Virus record (IMG/VR): IMGVR_UViG_3300033463_000046
Source of the DNA: a virus
Lineage: Duplodnaviria; Heunggongvirae; Uroviricota; Caudoviricetes
DNA length: 64,000 nucleotides
Direction: 5' to 3' (one strand)
Of this stretch, positions 50,709-60,492 are shown one piece after another. The notes under the pieces were generated by a model, which saw nothing but the letters and a program-made list of their open reading frames with translations, had not been told where the DNA came from and searched no databases. Each line of letters begins with the position of its first letter. The stretch's first letter is position 1. The position numbers were made by a program, and so were the translations under genes.

Positions 50709-50780
50709 CTGGCCCTTTGTGTAATGGTTAGCACACGGGACTTTGACTCCCGTAGTACAGGTTCGAATCCTGTAGGGCCA
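50709..50780 (+). tRNA. tRNA-Gln (TTG)
   Basis: Acceptor tggccct/agggcca (U1-A72), D gtgt-aatggtta-gcac, anticodon arm cggga-ctTTGac-tcccg, T-arm acagg-ttcgaat-cctgt. Confidence 0.85.
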
Positions 50781-50827
50781 ACGTTCTGTTTGAACATAGG
50801 TTTTAAGTTTTTAGTTATTTATTTGCG

Positions 50828-50852
50828 GGGAGACAGCGGTCTCCCAATTTTT
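50828..50852 (+). terminator. intrinsic terminator
   Basis: gggagac-agcg-gtctccc followed by aattttt. Confidence 0.5.
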
Positions 50853-50926
50853 GGGCTTTGTGGTGTAAATGGCTAACACACTTCTCTTGCAAGGAAGAGT
50901 TTAGGGTTCGAATCCCTCATCGTCCA
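50853..50926 (+). tRNA. tRNA-like (anticodon loop ctTGCaa, Ala-like); acceptor pairing unresolved
   Basis: D gtgt-aaatggcta-acac, anticodon arm cttct-ctTGCaa-ggaag, T-arm taggg-ttcgaat-ccctc. No good complement to the 3' acceptor atcgtcc was found. Confidence 0.35.
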
Positions 50927-50928
50927 CT

Positions 50929-51072
50929 ATGAAAAAGCGATACCAATACTGGAGTAAAGAAGGTCTAGTATGGACTGATTGGTTTAATTGGGATTCTGAC
51001 TATATGCCAGAATTACAAATGAATGACCACAGAATCTTTTGTAGACTAAAAAACGAATATAAAGATGATTAA
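50929..51072 (+). CDS. hypothetical small protein (47 aa)
   Basis: MKKRYQYWSKEGLVWTDWFNWDSDYMPELQMNDHRIFCRLKNEYKDD. Confidence 0.3.
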   Translation: MKKRYQYWSKEGLVWTDWFNWDSDYMPELQMNDHRIFCRLKNEYKDD

Positions 51073-51412
51073 CATGATAAGTGTTAAGGAGGGAAAAATT
51101 ATAGACTTTGGAGATTACTTAGTAATAGCAGTCAAAGAAGAAGAGAGGAGAGCTTGTACTGGATGTTATTTCTCCAAAACAAACTGTTCTAAGATAATGA
51201 ATTGTCCTTCTAATAAATTAATCTTTAAAAAGATACAATACACTATGAAGGTTAAGTGTATAAAAGAATTACAGACCAAACACACAACATTTAAAGTGAA
51301 TGAAGAATATAATGCTCAAAAGGTTAATGAGCATTGGTATTGTGTTGATGCTGTAGGAATAAAAAACATAGACTTTAACGAACATTTTAAGCTAGAGGAG
51401 GGTGGCCTCTAG
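51065..51412 (+). CDS. hypothetical protein
   Basis: 115-aa ORF. Confidence 0.5.
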   Translation: MINMISVKEGKIIDFGDYLVIAVKEEERRACTGCYFSKTNCSKIMNCPSNKLIFKKIQYTMKVKCIKELQTKHTTFKVNEEYNAQKVNEHWYCVDAVGIKNIDFNEHFKLEEGGL

Positions 51413-51807
51413 TCAGCCGTAGCTCAGCTACGGTGAATGCTCCGAAGCTAGCAACTATCAAACTAGTTAGGAGCCATAATAAGATTGGTGGGTGTTTTAT
51501 TATGTTACACTAACCCACGAACCTCTTTTATATTGGGATAAATAATTGAGGTTTTCAGGATAGCATATCCCCATTAGCTATATGGTGAACAAGAAACGTA
51601 CAAATGGTTAGTCCTTATTCCGGATTTATTCGGAAGTACTTGTTCTCTGCCGACATAAGACTGTTATACGTAAACACGAGCGTGAACATATAGTTAATGT
51701 TTTTTAGCTCAAAGTAAAAAATTTTTACATCTATCCATTTGGACTATTTATAAATATTTAATATAATTGTATTAGATAAAACAAGTTTAATTCTAATACT
51801 AAATTAT

Positions 51808-52347
51808 ATGATAAGTGAAATAAAAATATGTCCGATTCATGGAGAAACAGAATTTCATTATTATGAAAAGCAAGGAAGATCAGGACAATGGAAATGTTTA
51901 AAATGTGAAGCAGAAAATGCTGTATTAAAAAAGCAAAAATACAAGTATAAAGCTGTTTTGCAAAAAGGTGGAAAATGTGAAATATGTGGATATGATAAAA
52001 ATGTAGGAGCATTAGAATTCCATCATATTGATCCATCTACTAAAAGTTTTACTATTTCTGATACTCAACACTCTTGGGAAGATACCTTAAAAGAGTTAGA
52101 TAAGTGTATACTAATATGTGCTAATTGCCATAGAGAAATACATAATCCATTGGCCACTTTCGAAAATATAGAAAGAATTTTAGAAGAACATAATAAAAAG
52201 ATTTCTAAACCAAAAGAATTTCCATACACCCTAGAGGAGCTTTTACAAAAAAGGTCTGAATGCAATAATTGGGAGGAAGTTGCTAAATTTTATGGAGTAA
52301 GTTTAGCTACAATTAAGAGACATAAAAAAATACTTGAAGAAAAATAA
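51808..52347 (+). CDS. HNH endonuclease with N-terminal zinc ribbon
   Basis: CPIHGETEF...CLKCEAEN; core EFHHIDPSTKSF...CANCHREIH. Extremely AT-rich. Confidence 0.75.
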   Translation: MISEIKICPIHGETEFHYYEKQGRSGQWKCLKCEAENAVLKKQKYKYKAVLQKGGKCEICGYDKNVGALEFHHIDPSTKSFTISDTQHSWEDTLKELDKCILICANCHREIHNPLATFENIERILEEHNKKISKPKEFPYTLEELLQKRSECNNWEEVAKFYGVSLATIKRHKKILEEK

Positions 52348-52421
52348 GCATCCTTAGCTCAACTGCATAGAGCATAGCACTTCTAATGCTACGGTTCCGG
52401 GTTGGAGCCCCGGAGGATGTA
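52348..52421 (+). tRNA. tRNA-Arg (TCT) with unusual T-loop ttggagc
   Basis: Acceptor gcatcct/aggatgt, D gctc-aactgcata-gagc, anticodon arm tagca-ctTCTaa-tgcta, T-stem ccggg/cccgg. Confidence 0.7.
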
Positions 52422-52445
52422 CAATCACTTTAACATTTATTAATT

Positions 52446-52679
52446 ATGGCAAAAGTTAAAACACATTGGACAAAGACGTCTCCTTGGGGACATTATGGTA
52501 TGACTCATGACAGATTGTCAGCGAGAACAAACAGAACTACACAAGTAATTCGTCAGGCTCGGGCACTTGGCGTATGTGGTAAACATGCTGGTTCCAAGCC
52601 ATTAGGTAGACTTCTTAAAGGTATTCGTACTGTAGAGATGGCTGTCAGAGCTATGAAAGTAGCAGCAAATAAGTCCTGA
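52446..52679 (+). CDS. hypothetical basic protein, GC-richer than its neighbours
   Basis: 77-aa ORF between two tRNAs. Confidence 0.4.
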   Translation: MAKVKTHWTKTSPWGHYGMTHDRLSARTNRTTQVIRQARALGVCGKHAGSKPLGRLLKGIRTVEMAVRAMKVAANKS

Positions 52680-52782
52680 TAAAACCGTAAATTCGTGATC
52701 ACACGGTATTAAACAGGCAGGCGTTTCACGTGCGCTTGAACTCCTGGGATCCAGGTTTGTTCGTAGGGGAGTGAAACCCTAT

Positions 52783-52854
52783 ACTCTGATAGCTCAATGG
52801 ATAGAGCATCAGTTTCCTAAACTGAGTATCTACGTTCGATTCGTAGTCGGAGTA
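52783..52854 (+). tRNA. tRNA-Arg (CCT)
   Basis: Acceptor actctga/tcggagt, D gctc-aatggata-gagc, anticodon arm tcagt-ttCCTaa-actga, T-arm ctacg-ttcgatt-cgtag. Confidence 0.8.
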
Positions 52855-52886
52855 CCACATTCTTGATTGTTTTTTCATTTATTTTT

Positions 52887-52922
52887 CCCTCTCTTGTCTG
52901 TGAAGACAGGGGAGGGTTTTTT
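52887..52922 (+). terminator. strong intrinsic terminator
   Basis: ccctctc..gtctg-tgaa-gacag..ggaggg followed by tttttt. Confidence 0.65.
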
Positions 52923-52927
52923 GTGTT

Positions 52928-53467
52928 ATGGAATCAATAACTATTGATGGAAAACTTTACAAACTAGTTCCTGTTGATAATCCTTTCGAGCAACTCGATA
53001 GGGGTTATGAGTTTTCAACACTTGCTGCAAAAGAGAAGGCAGACCTCTATAAAAGCAAGTACAATGATTACAAAAATATTCCGACAAATGAACTAGTAAG
53101 CCGTATTATTAAGATTGACCAAATGTCTGAGTTAGATTACTGTTTGTATGCAGTTGATACTTGGACAAATTGGGAAGAACTTTATAAAGCGGTAAAAACC
53201 CAGATTCATTGTCCTTACAAGTCTTTAACACAATTTAGACAAATGGGACTAGACTTAGTAAAAGAATCATTTGAGAGAAAAGAATCTATCGCTACTGGCT
53301 ACTTTGAAGTTAAGTATTATGATGGGTATGAGGATAATGACCATGAATGGTGCTATCCTGAAATTTCTCTTAATGTTGTCTTTTATGGAGCGACACATCA
53401 ATTAGATAATAAGGATAGAGATTATTTAGTTCCTGGAGATGATCAAACTTACAACAACGCAGGCTAG
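52928..53467 (+). CDS. hypothetical protein
   Basis: 179-aa ORF. Confidence 0.55.
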   Translation: MESITIDGKLYKLVPVDNPFEQLDRGYEFSTLAAKEKADLYKSKYNDYKNIPTNELVSRIIKIDQMSELDYCLYAVDTWTNWEELYKAVKTQIHCPYKSLTQFRQMGLDLVKESFERKESIATGYFEVKYYDGYEDNDHEWCYPEISLNVVFYGATHQLDNKDRDYLVPGDDQTYNNAG

Positions 53468-53867
53468 AGCTGTTGCCTCTAAAATCAGAGAGAGACTTAT
53501 AGATCATGATTCGCAAGTGAGAAAAGATCTAAGAGAAGAATACATGAACTCTGATGATTACAAAAACATGCTCAAAGAAGCACACGAAGTTGCTATCACT
53601 ATGCGTCAAGCTAGTCTAAAACTCGGAATAACTATGGGAGTAGGTATATCTGGAAGATATAGTACTCATTATATTTATGAGGAGGAGGACGTTAAAAAAG
53701 TGGAAGAAAATATTGTAAGTCCACTTGTTGACAAATATGTTGAAGAGCATCGTAATTTTAAAGGTATCCCATCTGAGGATAAATTAGTTACTGACTTGAT
53801 TTTTGAGTCATTAACAAGTGAAGGAATTGAAGACTTAATGAACAAATTTATAGAACAATATCTATGA
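53439..53867 (+). CDS. hypothetical protein
   Basis: 142-aa ORF. Confidence 0.5.
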   Translation: MIKLTTTQARAVASKIRERLIDHDSQVRKDLREEYMNSDDYKNMLKEAHEVAITMRQASLKLGITMGVGISGRYSTHYIYEEEDVKKVEENIVSPLVDKYVEEHRNFKGIPSEDKLVTDLIFESLTSEGIEDLMNKFIEQYL

Positions 53868-54367
53868 AAGAGAAAATCGTAACCGTAGTTAGTGAATTTA
53901 CAGACTTTAAGGGTTTGGTTCACAAGTTTGTAGTAGCTGCTGTAAGCATGCCAGTAGATGCCGAAATCGATATTTACGAGGACGACAAAATTGTTGGCTG
54001 GACAAGTGCTGAGAAGGCAGTTAAGTTAGGAGTAGCTGTATGTAATCCAACAGATGAGTACAGTGAAGAAAAGGGTAAGATGATTGCTATTAACAAAGCT
54101 CGTAACAGTGTTGACTATGCTTTGTATGCAACACTTCCTGGCATGATTAACACCGCTGTAGTCAATGCTCTTATCAAGCAAGAGGTAGAGTTCATCAAGA
54201 ACAATCCTGCTAGAGTTATTCCTGGCTACATTGATGAGAAAGAGAAGTTTGAGAAGCGTCAAGCTTTCACTGCTGCTCTAGATGCCCTTACTGAGGAGGA
54301 ACGCTCAGTATATGAGGCAATGAAAGAACATAAGTTCCCAAAGGTTGAGGCCCTACTCAACGCTTAA
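53864..54367 (+). CDS. hypothetical protein
   Basis: 167-aa ORF; ATGA overlap with the upstream ORF. Confidence 0.55.
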   Translation: MKEKIVTVVSEFTDFKGLVHKFVVAAVSMPVDAEIDIYEDDKIVGWTSAEKAVKLGVAVCNPTDEYSEEKGKMIAINKARNSVDYALYATLPGMINTAVVNALIKQEVEFIKNNPARVIPGYIDEKEKFEKRQAFTAALDALTEEERSVYEAMKEHKFPKVEALLNA

Positions 54368-54506
54368 TGCTTTTTAGTTGTTTTAGGTTGGCACCTCAAG
54401 AACGAAGGATAGTAGTTCTTGGCTGAAAAACAACTTGGAGTGCCCGACGAAAGACGGGAATTAACATAGTTTAACTTGGAATCTCTGACTATGCAGAGTA
54501 AATTAG

Positions 54507-54839
54507 ATGGTTGAGTACATCAAATTGCCCAATGGTCGATGTGACTTGAAGTTTCACCAGCAAATGAAGAATTTCAAAGGAATCTTCAAATTGAATCATG
54601 GTAAGAAACATTTTGAGCTTCACATCGACAAGAACAATCAGGTCTATGACGTATTACAATGTATTGTTAAGACCTGGAAGGCTATCGAGAAAGGCAAACG
54701 TAAGTTTACAGTACCTGATGTGATAGTCAAGAAGCGTGCAGTAGAGTTATTCAGTCTTGTTAAGGGACGACCGATAAAGTCAGCCGTTGAGAAGATTAAA
54801 ACCATTTTAGATCGTGCTTCAGTTGAGGGTAATCTCTAA
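54507..54839 (+). CDS. hypothetical protein
   Basis: 110-aa ORF. Confidence 0.5.
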   Translation: MVEYIKLPNGRCDLKFHQQMKNFKGIFKLNHGKKHFELHIDKNNQVYDVLQCIVKTWKAIEKGKRKFTVPDVIVKKRAVELFSLVKGRPIKSAVEKIKTILDRASVEGNL

Positions 54840-54987
54840 ACCCTATGGCTATTATCCGGAATTCTCGATAAGATGAAAATGGAGGTTGGCTAACCTAATA
54901 ATAGTACAGGCCGTAAGGTGACAATAGGAGGGAATAATGTATTGGAAGCATGGACATTTGAACCTCCTATTTTTAACTAAATTTATT

Positions 54988-55416
54988 ATGGCAGAAATAT
55001 CTTGCTACACAGATGGCGCTTATAGCCCACTTCGAGACAAAGGCGGAATCGGAATAGTATTTGTAAAAAATGGTAATGTGATTCACAAATTTAGTAAGAT
55101 GTTTGAAAAAACAACTAACAATAAATGTGAAATCATGGCTGTAATTTATGCTTTACATGCTATTAGCAAACCCATTGACAAATTAACTATTTATTCGGAT
55201 TCCCAGTACGTAATTGGATGCGCTACTCTAGGATGGAAGCGAAAAAAGAATCCAGAATATTGGGCTCTATATGATAGGACTTTAGAAAAGGCTAAAGGCT
55301 TTTGTCCGAATATCGAGTTTAAGTGGGTTCGTGGTCATACATCTAACAAAGATTTCGATTCTCAGATGAATGATTTAGCCGATAAATTAGCAGTAGAAGC
55401 CAGTAACGAAATTTAA
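54988..55416 (+). CDS. rnhA: ribonuclease H (RNase HI)
   Basis: MAEISCYTDGAY...GIGIVF...CEIMAVIYAL...IYSDSQYV...VRGHTSNKDFDSQMNDLADKLA: DEDD catalytic residues in RNase H order. The internal ATG was chosen over the track start 54937. Confidence 0.75.
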   Translation: MAEISCYTDGAYSPLRDKGGIGIVFVKNGNVIHKFSKMFEKTTNNKCEIMAVIYALHAISKPIDKLTIYSDSQYVIGCATLGWKRKKNPEYWALYDRTLEKAKGFCPNIEFKWVRGHTSNKDFDSQMNDLADKLAVEASNEI

Positions 55417-55418
55417 TT

Positions 55419-55532
55419 ATGAAAGCAAAAAACAGAATGAAGTATCTCATTGGTAAACAGAACTGGTGGGATAAATTACCTAAAGATGTTCAAGCCGCAA
55501 CTACCCGTCCAGGATCAGTTAAGACAGCATGA
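55419..55532 (+). CDS. hypothetical small protein (37 aa)
   Basis: Short ORF. Confidence 0.25.
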   Translation: MKAKNRMKYLIGKQNWWDKLPKDVQAATTRPGSVKTA

Positions 55533-55681
55533 TTTGGTTCTTAGTCCTATTAGTAATTATACTATTGGCTGGAAAAGTTTTCTTCGATGTGAAGTTTGAC
55601 TTTAAGAAACAGTATGGTGTTATCTGGTATTCTTATAAGGGTAAGAGAGACGGGCTCGTATTATGGGGATCTAAGTACTAA
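55529..55681 (+). CDS. small membrane protein (50 aa)
   Basis: MIWFLVLLVIILLAGKVFF... Confidence 0.3.
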   Translation: MIWFLVLLVIILLAGKVFFDVKFDFKKQYGVIWYSYKGKRDGLVLWGSKY

Positions 55682-55683
55682 CT

Positions 55684-56148
55684 ATGACTACCATTAGGAA
55701 GTTAGTAAATGATTTGAACACTCTTTGTGACAGATTAGATGAAGATTATAATATTAACTATGGTGGTTGTTGTTTTGTTGCGTACATTCTAATGAAGAAT
55801 TTTGAATCTATTGGTATAAATCCTATTCTAGTAATAGAAAGTGATTGTAATGAAATCGATGGAGGAGAATTTCTTGATAAAGTACATGATAGAAATACAG
55901 AGTGTAGTGGCTTAGGTTTTAACACTTGCTATCATTACTTCGTATCAATTCCGAAAATTGGTTATGTAAATGCTGGAGATTATTGTAGAGATAGTCTTAA
56001 CAAATTTAGAGGTTTATCTTCTAAAGATGTTCAATGGATTTACAAAACTGGTGATTGGAATAGTTGTTATGAAACAAAAAACAACGCTATGGTTGGTAGA
56101 AGAATTAAACAAGTCTTCCGAAAATATGAGGACTTATTTAAAGGATGA
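55684..56148 (+). CDS. hypothetical protein
   Basis: 154-aa ORF. Confidence 0.55.
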   Translation: MTTIRKLVNDLNTLCDRLDEDYNINYGGCCFVAYILMKNFESIGINPILVIESDCNEIDGGEFLDKVHDRNTECSGLGFNTCYHYFVSIPKIGYVNAGDYCRDSLNKFRGLSSKDVQWIYKTGDWNSCYETKNNAMVGRRIKQVFRKYEDLFKG

Positions 56149-56383
56149 TGAGGTAGTCGGTGTAAATGATAAATTTATATATCATATTGAAACATATGTA
56201 ACTTGGAAAGGTGGAGTTGCTCTTTTTGATGAGAAATGGTATTCGACTGATAAACCATTAAAGTTTAAGAAGAAAGACAATGTCTTAAAAAGGAAAAAGT
56301 ATAAGTTATTCAGAATAGTTACACTTGATTACGCACCTCAGAGCTATTTAGAAAGAAATGGGTATTATGAAGATAAATGGTAA
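56126..56383 (+). CDS. hypothetical protein
   Basis: Internal ATG (MRTYLKDDEVVGVNDKF...) of track ORF 55970-56383. Confidence 0.4.
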   Translation: MRTYLKDDEVVGVNDKFIYHIETYVTWKGGVALFDEKWYSTDKPLKFKKKDNVLKRKKYKLFRIVTLDYAPQSYLERNGYYEDKW

Positions 56384-56690
56384 AACTTATTTAATAATAT
56401 CTGCCATTCTGATAGCTTCATTCTTACTGGGTTACGTCTTAGGGTGCAATAAAAAACCTAAAGAAATCGTTGTACCTTCCACTCCTGTGACGATAATCAA
56501 AGATTCTATAATCAGAGAAGAAATCGTTAAGGAGAATGAAGTTATCAAATGGAAGATAAAAGACGCCAAAAAACAGTATGATAAAGAGGTATCTATTATT
56601 CTGTCTAATACTGATAGTGCCAATCTTATCTATTTCTCAGACTACGTCCGACAGTATCAAAATCAGCACGGAGCAATTAAGAGTGACTAA
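56358..56690 (+). CDS. membrane-anchored hypothetical protein
   Basis: 110 aa with an N-terminal TM segment. Confidence 0.5.
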   Translation: MGIMKINGKTYLIISAILIASFLLGYVLGCNKKPKEIVVPSTPVTIIKDSIIREEIVKENEVIKWKIKDAKKQYDKEVSIILSNTDSANLIYFSDYVRQYQNQHGAIKSD

Positions 56691-56937
56691 CTTGATATTT
56701 GCAGAGCATAGCAAATTATCTAAGGAAAATACTCTTCTTAAATCTCAAATTGTTAATCTTGAAAAGGTTGATAGTATTTGGGTACATACTGATTCTGTTC
56801 GTAGAGAACAAATAACTCAGTATGCTACTGTTGTAAAACAGCAAGAGAATCAAATTAAAAAGGTTAAAAAATGGTCTAGAATCAAAGATTACGTAATTGG
56901 TGGACTAACTATTCTTAGTGTATGCCTGTTATTGTAA
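56578..56937 (+). CDS. hypothetical membrane protein
   Basis: 119 aa; overlaps the previous ORF in another frame. Confidence 0.4.
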   Translation: MIKRYLLFCLILIVPILSISQTTSDSIKISTEQLRVTNLIFAEHSKLSKENTLLKSQIVNLEKVDSIWVHTDSVRREQITQYATVVKQQENQIKKVKKWSRIKDYVIGGLTILSVCLLL

Positions 56938-57091
56938 ATTTTAAAGACAAAGATGGTTTTAGATATAAACATCCTGAACGTAGTTGTAAACGTTGCACAA
57001 AGTATCCATGTCTGCCAAAAATGAGTTTACTCAATGGGGATTTTGCTGCATATGGTTGTACTATGTTTGAGGATAATAATACCTTTGAAGT

Positions 57092-57409
57092 ATGACCGAA
57101 GTTACTTATCATGTTAAGTTTCTTGCGGAAAGTATGGATTGTATGAATTATCATTCATATGTTTTTGAGAATCTTGATTATACTGATTGGGATAACCATT
57201 ATATAATGTGTGTAAGATTTCCAAATTGGGATCAAGCACCATTTAATATTGGTGATGTTGGTTTTCTTAATGTAAGGTATGTAGAAGCAGGAATTGATAA
57301 ATGGTTTGATGGAAAAGACTTCAATTTTTATCGCTATACTAATGTAATATTTATGAAATTTATATTAGAAAAACCAATGGTGATAACGAATGAAGTTATT
57401 TTAGATTAA
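57092..57409 (+). CDS. hypothetical protein
   Basis: 105-aa ORF. Confidence 0.5.
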   Translation: MTEVTYHVKFLAESMDCMNYHSYVFENLDYTDWDNHYIMCVRFPNWDQAPFNIGDVGFLNVRYVEAGIDKWFDGKDFNFYRYTNVIFMKFILEKPMVITNEVILD

Positions 57410-57453
57410 AAATTTAAAGATAATAATTATGACGTAAAAAGAGAAAGTAATTT

Positions 57454-58323
57454 ATGGCTAATATTTTAGGCGAAAAATTAAAGGAGAAGTTAGCTGAAAA
57501 AGCAAACGACATTACTACTTATGTATGGAAAGGACCAAAGGTTAATGGAGTTCAAGAAGAAGTAAAGCTTATTGACGCAAGTTTTGAGCAACTTCAGAAA
57601 TATTATGAGCATTGTGAACAAATGCTTTATAATACTGATTCTAAGAATCCAGGTCGTGTAACCTTACAGAAGATCGTTGATGACCAAATACAAAGATGTC
57701 GTGCAGAACTTCTTATCAGATGGCTTCGTTCCGAGAAGCATTATACTAATACTAGTTGTTTAGAAGATTTAAAGAATATTATTCATAACAATCGTGAGGT
57801 ATTCACAAATGAATCCATAAAGGTTATTCCTATTAGCGAAGTTATGAGTGGTCTTCCAATTGAATTCGAGAGAATTCCAATTAGTCTAGTTATGGATGCT
57901 TGTCTTGATTCGCTTGGTCAATTCGATAATTCTCATTTAACTCTTAGTTTCATTGTTAAGATGGGCTTATGGTTTACTAACCAAGAGATGCAAAAGGATT
58001 TATATCGTAAAGACCCTGTGACTGGCAAGGCAATGAACCGTCTGGAGATCGTTAGCAAGGAACTTCGTTTGAATCCTTCTATAGTTCTTAAGGTTAGTGA
58101 CACTGGACTTACTTATGCTGAGTTCCGTTCTATGTGTCGTCTTAAGAGAGATAAGTATGCTAATCTAACTAGCGATCAATTAAGACTACTATCTAACAAA
58201 GTATTATACCGATTCCAAGATCAGTGTGCTAAACAGGCACAGCAATGGCTGGATAAGGAAGAGGAAATTAAGAAGGTCGCTGAGTCTAAAGGCTGGGATG
58301 TTACCCGTGCCGTAGATGCGTGA
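57454..58323 (+). CDS. hypothetical protein
   Basis: 289-aa ORF. Confidence 0.6.
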   Translation: MANILGEKLKEKLAEKANDITTYVWKGPKVNGVQEEVKLIDASFEQLQKYYEHCEQMLYNTDSKNPGRVTLQKIVDDQIQRCRAELLIRWLRSEKHYTNTSCLEDLKNIIHNNREVFTNESIKVIPISEVMSGLPIEFERIPISLVMDACLDSLGQFDNSHLTLSFIVKMGLWFTNQEMQKDLYRKDPVTGKAMNRLEIVSKELRLNPSIVLKVSDTGLTYAEFRSMCRLKRDKYANLTSDQLRLLSNKVLYRFQDQCAKQAQQWLDKEEEIKKVAESKGWDVTRAVDA

Positions 58324-59590
58324 TCTATTCGAGCCTATTTCTCGGGATGAGAGGCAGGCAGAATCAGTTCGAAAGTGGTTAAAAGCTAAAGGCAGAGGAA
58401 CTCTCGAGTGTTGTACAGGATATGGTAAAACTCGTTGTGCTTTTATTATTATAAAGAAAGTACTATCTCGCTATCCTAATTTAAAGATATGGGTGGTAGT
58501 TCCTACAGAGCTTTTAAAGAAGCAGTGGGAAAAATTGATAGAAGAAAATCAATTACAATTCAGCGTTGAAGTATATATTATAAACTCCGCTGCAAAAAAT
58601 GGAGGACAATGTGATTTTCTTATTATTGATGAAATACATACAGCAGGGGCAAACCTGCTGATTCAAGTATTTGAAACGATCAAATACAAATTAATCCTCG
58701 GCCTTACTGCTACTTTCGAAAGATTAGACGAACGACATAAACTTATTGCTAAATATTGTCCTATAGTTGATACTGTAACACTTCAAGAAGCACAATTGAA
58801 TGGTTGGGTATCTAACTATAAAGAGTATCTGGTATTGATTGATGTAGAAGATATTAATGTTTACCAAGACTATAACAAGCAATTCACAGAGCATTTTGAA
58901 TTCTTTAACTATGATTTCAATTTAGCAATGAGTATGTTAGGTCCGCAAGGTTTTAAGAAAAAGATTGAATATAGGGATGAGTTGTGTAAGGATAATCCTG
59001 ATATGAAGTCTGAAATACTTAAAGCTATTACGTACCACGCAAATGGTTTTATTAGAGCCATACAAAATCGTAAAAAGTTCGTCTATGAACATCCAGAAAA
59101 AATCCGATTAACACAAGAGATTATTAACCATCGTCCCAATAGTAAGATTGTAACCTTTTCAGCAAATACTAAGATGGCTGAAGCTATTGGTGTAGGGTAT
59201 ATCTATACAGGCAAAGAAGGTAAAAAGAAGAATCGTATAACTCTTCAGGAGTTTTCTGCTATGCCTAGCGGAGTTCTTAATACCTGTAAACTTGCTGAAG
59301 CTGGTATGGATATACCTGGATTGTCAGTCGGAATAATGTTAGGAGTTAATTCTAGCGAGACAAAAGCACAACAAACAAGAGGACGTATCATAAGAAAAGA
59401 AGGTGATAAGGAAGCTGAATATTTTACCCTTGTAATTAATGATACAATAGAAAGTAAATGGTGGCAGAACTCTCATAAAAACGATACTAACATTATTAAA
59501 ATTGATTCTGAGAATCTAATTAAAGTTCTCAATGGAGAACCATATGAAACTTACACAAAGAAATTAAAGAATTACACTTATCGATTTTAA
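58316..59590 (+). CDS. superfamily-2 DNA/RNA helicase (DEAH-like)
   Basis: Motif I CCTGYGKT, motif II FLIIDEIHTAG, motif III LTATFER. Confidence 0.7.
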   Translation: MRDLFEPISRDERQAESVRKWLKAKGRGTLECCTGYGKTRCAFIIIKKVLSRYPNLKIWVVVPTELLKKQWEKLIEENQLQFSVEVYIINSAAKNGGQCDFLIIDEIHTAGANLLIQVFETIKYKLILGLTATFERLDERHKLIAKYCPIVDTVTLQEAQLNGWVSNYKEYLVLIDVEDINVYQDYNKQFTEHFEFFNYDFNLAMSMLGPQGFKKKIEYRDELCKDNPDMKSEILKAITYHANGFIRAIQNRKKFVYEHPEKIRLTQEIINHRPNSKIVTFSANTKMAEAIGVGYIYTGKEGKKKNRITLQEFSAMPSGVLNTCKLAEAGMDIPGLSVGIMLGVNSSETKAQQTRGRIIRKEGDKEAEYFTLVINDTIESKWWQNSHKNDTNIIKIDSENLIKVLNGEPYETYTKKLKNYTYRF

Positions 59591-59593
59591 ATT

Positions 59594-59821
59594 ATGGAGA
59601 CTTATTATACTAAAAAGGAATATAATGAGATGAAATCCATACTCAATCGTAAGCTCAAAGCTGCTGAAAAGAAACTTACTGCTGCTGAGAAGGAAAATGA
59701 ACTTCTTAAGACACAGGTTAAAGGTTTAGAGCAGAAAATCCATGACCTTGAGTATCCTCTTGAGGTAACAGTGGACTTAGAAGAGCCTACAGAGGAGGAG
59801 ACCCACGTAACCGAAGAATAA
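59594..59821 (+). CDS. small coiled-coil protein
   Basis: 75-aa ORF. Confidence 0.45.
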   Translation: METYYTKKEYNEMKSILNRKLKAAEKKLTAAEKENELLKTQVKGLEQKIHDLEYPLEVTVDLEEPTEEETHVTEE

Positions 59822-59886
59822 GTTCGTAACTGACGCAAACTTTTCGGTGTATAGAGATTAGTTAATAATCATTTAAATCTATACAC

Positions 59887-60492
59887 GTGAGGAATTTAGA
59901 AATTGAACAGCAACTCATATTCTGTGAGAAATATAGTATTAATCCCAGTGAGTTGTTACTACTGGAAATTATTCTGCTAGCTCAAGAGGACGATGATCCT
60001 GAGCTAGTCCAATTATATTTTAAATCTCGTATGTGTGCTCGTGGTAGCACAATAGATCTTTTACAAGGTTTGCAAGATGCAGGCGTAATACTTAAGACAT
60101 ATAAAATCCCTGAGAAGGGACAAAAGTTTGACATATTCTCAGTACCTATCAATAAGAATTTAGTGAAAGATTTTCACAAAAGTTCTTTTGAAATGGGAGA
60201 AGAACTGTTTGAGAATTATCCACTCTCTACAGTTGTCAATGGTCTTGAGTATAAATTACGAAGAATTAGTAAGAAGTTTGATTCTCTTGAAGATGCTTAT
60301 AGAGCATATGGTAAAGCTATTAGGTGGAAACCTGAAGCCCATGAGAGAGTACTCGAACTTATAAAGCAGGGCAAGGAGAATGGTTATCAATTTACTAATC
60401 TGGGAGACTTTATAGTTGACCACGATTGGTTAAATATGGAAGCCATTTCTAAAGATGGTGTCATGTCTAACTCTAATATGACCATGCTATGA
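59887..60492 (+). CDS. hypothetical protein (replication module)
   Basis: 201-aa ORF immediately upstream of the DnaB-like helicase. Confidence 0.5.
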   Translation: MRNLEIEQQLIFCEKYSINPSELLLLEIILLAQEDDDPELVQLYFKSRMCARGSTIDLLQGLQDAGVILKTYKIPEKGQKFDIFSVPINKNLVKDFHKSSFEMGEELFENYPLSTVVNGLEYKLRRISKKFDSLEDAYRAYGKAIRWKPEAHERVLELIKQGKENGYQFTNLGDFIVDHDWLNMEAISKDGVMSNSNMTML

